NCBI GenBank assembly: GCA_963781885.1
Contig: CAWAHW010000001.1
Location: forward strand, 128,001 to 192,000
Reading direction: 5' to 3'
DNA from: an uncultured Spirochaetota bacterium
GTDB lineage: Bacteria > Spirochaetota > Spirochaetia > SZUA-6 > Fen-1364
Length of the DNA: 64,000 nt
Every line of letters begins with the position of its first letter. Within the stretch, counting starts at the first letter, position 1. A model generated the notes under the pieces. That model was given only the letters and a program-made list of their open reading frames with translations, did not search any database and was not told the origin of the DNA. This document shows, one piece after another, positions 58,483-64,000 of the stretch. Position numbers and translations under genes: made by a program.

Positions 58483-60147
58483 ATGGAGTACAGCGGTGCG
58501 TCCCTGCTGATCGAGCTTCTGAAGCGGCAAGGCATCGGTATCGTGGCGGGCATACCCGGGGGCGCGAATCTCCCCCTGTACGACGCGCTGGGCCAGAGCG
58601 ACATGCGCCACATCCTCGTGCGGCACGAGCAGGCGGGCGGTTTCCTTGCCCAGGGCATGGCCCGCTCCACGGGCAAGGCCGCGGCGTGCATGGCAACGTC
58701 AGGCCCGGGCGCGGTGAACCTGCTCACCGCCATTGCCGATGCAAAGCTCGACTCTGTGCCCATCATCGCCGTCACGGGTCAGGTCGCCTCGGGGCTGATC
58801 GGCACCGACGCCTTCCAAGAGGTTGACACCTACGGCATGAGCATCCCCGTGACGAAGCACAACTTCCTGGTCCGCTCGATCCAGGAGCTGCTCGAGGTCG
58901 TTCCGGAAGCTTTCCGCTTCGCCCTCTCGGGCAGGCAGGGCCCCGTGCTCATCGACATGCCCAAGGACGTCCAGCAGGCACGGATCGATCTTGCCGACCT
59001 GCCCGCACCGGGCGTGCCCGACCCTGCCCCCGTCCCTGACGGGGCCGTGCTCGCCTCCATGGCGCGCCTGATCGCCTCCGCGGAACGGCCCCTGCTCTAC
59101 GTCGGCGGCGGCGTCGTGGCCTCGGGGGCGGAAGAGGAGGTGCGCGCGCTTTCCGCGGCGTGCGGCATACCGGTGGTCTGCACGCTCATGGGGATCGGCA
59201 TCATGGACCCGGACGACCCGCTCCACCTTGGCATGCTCGGCATGCATGGAAGCCAGGCCACGAATCTCGCGGTGGACCGCACGGACCTCCTCATCGCGCT
59301 GGGCGTGCGTTTCGACGACCGTGCAACGGGTCTCATTGCCGGCTTTGCCCCCCGCGCGCGAGTCATCCACATGGATATCGACGAGGCGGAGATCGGCAAG
59401 ATCCGGCGGCCCGACATCTCGGCGGCCTGCGACGTGAAGCGCGCCCTGCGGAGGCTGAACCGCCTGGTGGGCACGACGCGCCGGGAGGCCTGGCGGGCGG
59501 AGATCGAAGCGATGAAGCGCGCTCATCCCCTGGCCGTTCCCGACGATCCCTCCCACGCGAGCAATCTCGTGCGGTCACTCGCCGCGCTGGCGCCCGACGC
59601 GCTCCTCACGGTGGACGTCGGCCAGCACCAGATGTGGGCGGCGCAGTGCTGGCCCGTGCGCGGCACCCGGCGCTTCCTCACCTCCGGGGGTCTGGGGACA
59701 ATGGGTTTCGCGGTTCCCGCGGCGATGGGCGTCGCCCTTGCGCACCCCGGGCAGAGCGTGCTCGCGCTCACGGGTGACGGCTCGCTCCTCATCAACATCC
59801 AGGAGCTGGCCACCATCGCGGAGAACCGGCTGGACGTGAAAATCTGCGTCTTCAACAACGGCCACCTGGGGCTCGTGCGGCAGCAGCAGGAGCTTTTCTA
59901 CGGCAAGCGCTACGTGGCCTCTCGTTTCGACACGCGCCCGGATTTCGCCGCGATCGCCCGCGGCTTCGGCATCCCCGGCTGCACGATCGGCCTCCCCCAC
60001 GACAGGGCCTCGCTGACCCGCGCGCTCTCCATCAAGGGACCCGCCCTGCTGGACATCGCGCTGTGCGAGACGGAGAACGTCTACCCCATGGTCCCGCCCG
60101 GAAAGAGCAACGTCGAGGCCATCCTCAGCCAAAGGAGCGATGCATGA
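58483..60147 (+). CDS. ilvB: Acetolactate synthase large subunit
   Basis: GIPGGA, RHEQ, TSGPG, AFQE, RFDDR, DVGQHQMW, GDGS..NN TPP motif. Confidence 0.95.
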   Translation: MEYSGASLLIELLKRQGIGIVAGIPGGANLPLYDALGQSDMRHILVRHEQAGGFLAQGMARSTGKAAACMATSGPGAVNLLTAIADAKLDSVPIIAVTGQVASGLIGTDAFQEVDTYGMSIPVTKHNFLVRSIQELLEVVPEAFRFALSGRQGPVLIDMPKDVQQARIDLADLPAPGVPDPAPVPDGAVLASMARLIASAERPLLYVGGGVVASGAEEEVRALSAACGIPVVCTLMGIGIMDPDDPLHLGMLGMHGSQATNLAVDRTDLLIALGVRFDDRATGLIAGFAPRARVIHMDIDEAEIGKIRRPDISAACDVKRALRRLNRLVGTTRREAWRAEIEAMKRAHPLAVPDDPSHASNLVRSLAALAPDALLTVDVGQHQMWAAQCWPVRGTRRFLTSGGLGTMGFAVPAAMGVALAHPGQSVLALTGDGSLLINIQELATIAENRLDVKICVFNNGHLGLVRQQQELFYGKRYVASRFDTRPDFAAIARGFGIPGCTIGLPHDRASLTRALSIKGPALLDIALCETENVYPMVPPGKSNVEAILSQRSDA

Positions 60148-60437
60148 ACGGCCTGCCGAATACCATTGTGAAGCTCATGGTGAGGAACCACCCGGGAACG
60201 ATGTCGCACATCACGGGTCTTTTCTCGCGGCGCGGCTTCAACCTCGAGGGCATCCTCTGCGCGCCGGTGGACAGCGGCGCCGACAGCGCCATGTATCTCC
60301 TGGTGCGCAACGACGACCGTCTGGAGCAGATCGTGAAGCAGCTCGGGAAGCTCTATGACGTGAAGTCGGTGGCCGTGCAGGACGACCTTGACCACACGGT
60401 CTTCAACCGCATCGAGGAGATGATGAACGACGCATAG
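60144..60437 (+). CDS. ilvN: Acetolactate synthase small (ACT) subunit
   Basis: ATGA overlap; VRNHPGTMSHITGLFSRRGFN, EQIVKQLGKL; 97 aa. Confidence 0.9.
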   Translation: MNGLPNTIVKLMVRNHPGTMSHITGLFSRRGFNLEGILCAPVDSGADSAMYLLVRNDDRLEQIVKQLGKLYDVKSVAVQDDLDHTVFNRIEEMMNDA

Positions 60438-60471
60438 CGTGGAGCGCCACGGATGCGGGGGGATCCGCCGC

Positions 60472-62379
60472 TCAGATCTGCTTCACCTGGAGGCAGCGGA
60501 CCATATACAGCTCGATATAGCGCAGGAGGAGATCGCGCTTCTTGATCTGCGTGAGGCTCTTGCTGATCGAAAGCTGTTCGGCAAGGGCGTGTATCCTCTT
60601 GGGGTCCGGCGGCCGCACGAGGAAGCTCCGACGGACCGGCCGCAGAAAATCGCGGACAAGGGCGTTGACGTCTTCCACGAGATTCTTCTTCTGGTCCGGC
60701 GCGTACAGCGGATTCCACTTGTCGGCGAGCTCCGCAAGGGTGGCGTCGATCGTGCTTCCTTTGGAAACATATTGCGATATCAGGGACTGCACGCTGCGCT
60801 TGTAGCGCAGGAGATTCTCCTTGCTCTGCGCCTTGCCGGCGTCTGCCTCGATCGTTTTCACGCCCGTTTCCACGGGAGCTGCCGGCGCCGTGGCCGCCGG
60901 TGCGGGAGAGCCCCCGTCCTCCGCCGCGCCCCTCCTGCCGGCGAACATCCGGCGGAACATGCGGAGGATGGAGCTCAACACGGGCACCGTCATCCAGAAT
61001 GGCAGGTAGATCCGGGCATTTTTCAGGAGCTGCACGCGGGAGAGTCCCAGGAGCTCGTCGAAGGGGCGAAGGATATTCTCCACGGCAAAGCACTTTCCCA
61101 GCTCGCGTTTCGCATCGTCGGCAATACGTGCCTCTTCGGCCGTGAGGTAGAGCAGGCCCCCATTGGACAGCGCCGTCAGAAGCGGAAAGCCCTTCTTCAC
61201 CCGGGTGTCCACGTCCTTGCGGAACGCGGCGTCGGTCTTTGCCACGACCGGGGAGCGATCCTCCCGCAGCTCCGCGGTCCACTCGTCGAGGTACTGCTTG
61301 CGAAGGACCTCGGAGCACTCGGCGAGCTTTTTCAGGAAGACCGGCACGACGAAGTCGCGCTGGATGAAATATTCCTTCTTCTGCTCCGCCGCGTGGACGC
61401 GCACGATCTGGGGGACCGATTCGTCTCCCGTCCGCTTGGTCTTCTCCTTCAGGAATGAATGGATGAAATCCTGACTGTGCTTGTTGACGAAGGTCACGCC
61501 CTTGTCGTCCTTCAGGCGATAGAGCTCCTGGAAGCCGAAGACGAACGGGCTCTTGCGGACCTGCGCCTCAAGGCTCTTCCTGTCATCCGCCCACTCCTTC
61601 TCCCGCTGCACCGCCCCCTTTTTGTGGAAGACGGTGTAGCCGATGATGTAGGCGGACTGGCACACCCCCTGGTCCTGGTCGGTCCTTTCCTGCTTCGCGC
61701 GGAAGTCTTGGAGAACGAGGTTGGACAGGTGCGTCCAGAACCGGAAGCTGAAGTCGGTGGGATCGAGAACCGAGACGGCGGCCTTCTTGGGCCGCATCGA
61801 CACGTCCTCCATCCATTGCCGTACGGACACCTCGCTGCCGCGCAGGGCCCCCAGGAGCTTCGTCTCGGCGTACGCGGCATTCTTCCCGTCTTGCAGATAA
61901 CGGCTGAGCTTTGCCACGGCGGCGTCGATCAGCTCCGCGCCCACGCATTCATGCGGGACGACCAGCGGGTCCAGGCCGTCGGGGAACTGCAGCCGCACGA
62001 TGCCCTTCATGCCGGGCGCGCTCGTCTCCAGAAGCGCACCCAACTGCGCCTTCACGTCGGCGGCGATGAGGGACCCAGCGGCAAGGGGCGCGGGCGCCGT
62101 CTCTTCGCGCGGAAAGGGCCGGCCCGGGTCGACGCTGAGACGACGGTACTCCTCCGCAAGGGCGAGGCCCGGAAAGTCCGGGATGGTCACGATGCGGGGT
62201 TTTCCCGCCTCCACGGAAACAATGGTGAGATCGGCGAGCTCCGTGACGGCCGCCTCGATCTCCCCCGGCTGGACCTGGCCCTTGGTGAGAGAGGTCGCGA
62301 ACTGGCGCAGATCTATCGTCGCGCTTTTCGTGCGAAGCGCGAACGCCTGCAAAAGGGGGAGCAAGTCCTTGGCAAGCAT
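60472..62379 (-). CDS. Conserved hypothetical protein (635 aa, mostly helical, one amphipathic/hydrophobic segment)
   Basis: Long ORF with typical codon usage; upstream TTGAAC-17nt-TACACT promoter; resembles spirochaete hypotheticals from memory only. Confidence 0.75.
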   Translation of the reverse strand: MLAKDLLPLLQAFALRTKSATIDLRQFATSLTKGQVQPGEIEAAVTELADLTIVSVEAGKPRIVTIPDFPGLALAEEYRRLSVDPGRPFPREETAPAPLAAGSLIAADVKAQLGALLETSAPGMKGIVRLQFPDGLDPLVVPHECVGAELIDAAVAKLSRYLQDGKNAAYAETKLLGALRGSEVSVRQWMEDVSMRPKKAAVSVLDPTDFSFRFWTHLSNLVLQDFRAKQERTDQDQGVCQSAYIIGYTVFHKKGAVQREKEWADDRKSLEAQVRKSPFVFGFQELYRLKDDKGVTFVNKHSQDFIHSFLKEKTKRTGDESVPQIVRVHAAEQKKEYFIQRDFVVPVFLKKLAECSEVLRKQYLDEWTAELREDRSPVVAKTDAAFRKDVDTRVKKGFPLLTALSNGGLLYLTAEEARIADDAKRELGKCFAVENILRPFDELLGLSRVQLLKNARIYLPFWMTVPVLSSILRMFRRMFAGRRGAAEDGGSPAPAATAPAAPVETGVKTIEADAGKAQSKENLLRYKRSVQSLISQYVSKGSTIDATLAELADKWNPLYAPDQKKNLVEDVNALVRDFLRPVRRSFLVRPPDPKRIHALAEQLSISKSLTQIKKRDLLLRYIELYMVRCLQVKQI

Positions 62380-62500
62380 ATCGTGAATAAAGTGTAGTCC
62401 AAGGATTCCGCCCGTTCAAGTTCGCGCATGCGGCGCGCAAAAACGCTTTGCCTTGAAATGCACCTTCCCGCCGAGTAGACTGTACAACGAGACAGGCACA

Positions 62501-63691
62501 GTGAAGCTCTCGACGTCGCTACCGCTTCTCTTCGCGCTCTTTGCAATGGCGGCCCTGCCCGCGGCGGCCCAGCAGCAGCCACCCCTGGTCTGCCTCGTCA
62601 CGACAATCCAGGACCTCTCAGCCCCCGGCTCCGACACGGGCGCCTACGAACAGACGATCACCGACGCGGTGAGCGCGGCGGCCGGCGCGCACGGCTACAC
62701 CCTCGTGCCCGCCTCCGCCGGGCGCGATGCCGCCGCGGCGTCGCCGTCACCCGATGCGTCGCCTGGCGGCGCGCAGGCGGCATCTCTCGCCGTGGCGCGC
62801 GCCGTCGGGGCAGATGTCGCGGTGACGGGATCCTTCGTCGTGGAGAACGACCAGATATTTTTCACCATTCAATGCTGGGACGTGGCAGCGGGAAAGCTCG
62901 CCGCGGGCGTCCAGCAGACGACCCCCTTCAACCTGGCCTTTTTCGCGCTGCTCGATGAAAGCCTCGGCACGCTGTTCTCCTCGGTCCAAGTGGAGAGGAA
63001 CAATGCGCCGCGGCTCGTCTTCACCTCCCCCGACGAGGGGATGGAGGTCATCCTTTCCGGCGACGTGGACATCGGGCAGGTCAGCGGCGGCCGCGTGAGC
63101 TGGCCGGTGACGGGCGTGGCGCCGGGGACGAAGATCGTTGTGGAAAAGCGCAAGACAGGGTTCCACACCGATCGCCAGACTGTGACCCTGGTCACGGGCA
63201 AGGAGATTCCCCTGACGCGCCTGACCCCGCTCCACGCGTCGTCCGTGGAGTATTCAGAAACGATCGGACAGCTCATCGGCGTCGGCGCGGCGATGCGCGC
63301 CTACATGATCCCGGACTGGCTCTACTTCTCCATCGGCGGTTACCCGTGGATACAACCGCCGGCCTCCGTCGCGCTGCGCGCCGCTTTTCACTTCGACGAA
63401 GAGCTCAATCTCGGCGGCTACGTCATCTTCTCACCGGGCTCCCCGTTCCGCCTCGGCCTTGCAAGCGGCGTCGGCCTCGTTCTCACTTTCATGAGCACAC
63501 CGGGTTTCCCCGTCTATACCGATGCCTATGTGGACCTCGCCCGCATCTCGCTCGAGCTCGACCTGCCGCGCGTGGCCTTTTTCATCCGGCCCGAGTTCAG
63601 GTACGCCCTGGGGTTGGGAACGAATCTGCTGGGAACGGGCTGGCTCATGCAAAACGGCCCCGGCATTTCGATCGGCATGGTGGTCAGATGA
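62501..63691 (+). CDS. Exported hypothetical protein (TolB-N/CsgG-like domain, PEGA-like domain, C-terminal beta-strand region)
   Basis: Signal peptide ending AAA-Q; GADVAVTGSF; KTGFH; upstream TTGAAA-17nt-TAGACT. Confidence 0.6.
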   Translation: MKLSTSLPLLFALFAMAALPAAAQQQPPLVCLVTTIQDLSAPGSDTGAYEQTITDAVSAAAGAHGYTLVPASAGRDAAAASPSPDASPGGAQAASLAVARAVGADVAVTGSFVVENDQIFFTIQCWDVAAGKLAAGVQQTTPFNLAFFALLDESLGTLFSSVQVERNNAPRLVFTSPDEGMEVILSGDVDIGQVSGGRVSWPVTGVAPGTKIVVEKRKTGFHTDRQTVTLVTGKEIPLTRLTPLHASSVEYSETIGQLIGVGAAMRAYMIPDWLYFSIGGYPWIQPPASVALRAAFHFDEELNLGGYVIFSPGSPFRLGLASGVGLVLTFMSTPGFPVYTDAYVDLARISLELDLPRVAFFIRPEFRYALGLGTNLLGTGWLMQNGPGISIGMVVR

Positions 63692-64000
63692 GCCGCTTTG
63701 TTCGTGCCGCAGCAGCCGCCCTCGCGGTCCTTCTTCTCGGCTCGTGCGACGTGCTTTTCATGGGCCGTTTTCCTTCCGATGTCACCCAGGCGACCGCGCG
63801 CATCGATCTGTCCTCCTCCATATCCGCGTCTGCGGCGAGCTCATTCACGCTGTCGGTGGTTGCGGCGGGAAACCTCGAGTTCGTCGTGCTTGCCTCTAGC
63901 CTGGGCTTCGACAGCTCCCAACCCCACGTCCTGGTCCTGTCTCCGCAGCTCACGTTCCAGCAGAAGTATTCGACGGACGATCTTGCGGTGGTGCCGACCG
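63688..64000 (+). CDS. Hypothetical lipoprotein (3' end outside window)
   Basis: ATGA overlap; MSRFVRAAAAALAVLLLGS-C lipobox; frame stays open to the window end. Confidence 0.7.
   Translation, partial: MSRFVRAAAAALAVLLLGSCDVLFMGRFPSDVTQATARIDLSSSISASAASSFTLSVVAAGNLEFVVLASSLGFDSSQPHVLVLSPQLTFQQKYSTDDLAVVPT

Overview
GC-rich bacterial chromosomal segment from a diderm organism (it has an Omp85-type barrel protein and lipoproteins). Spirochaetota is my best guess, inferred from lipobox style, the chemoreceptor and the look of the hypothetical proteins, not from any search. About 60 genes are densely packed: pyrD/pyrK plus an orphan DNA methyltransferase, an Lrp regulator with a PLP decarboxylase, a 27-bp hairpin tandem array, a sigma54-driven chemoreceptor, a peptidase/beta-propeller/Omp85 protein, an apbC-sdhB-lipA-FNR cluster, a MarR/ABC exporter, several ABC importers, an amino-sugar cluster, and ilvBN with a Leu/Val leader-peptide attenuator. 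At least nine genes are broken by 1-nt indels, mostly in homopolymers, which looks like long-read consensus error rather than true decay. The most novel-looking element is a GntR helix-turn-helix fused to an apparently degenerate ADP-ribosylglycohydrolase domain. A near-identical operator-like motif lies upstream of this gene and upstream of the adjacent oligopeptide ABC operon, with an M24 peptidase in between and a divergent metallophosphoesterase lipoprotein. A recurring -10 box 5-6 nt before start codons suggests frequent leaderless transcription. I found no CRISPR array, rRNA, tRNA, transposase or integrase. All calls come from reading motifs by eye; no database search was run.
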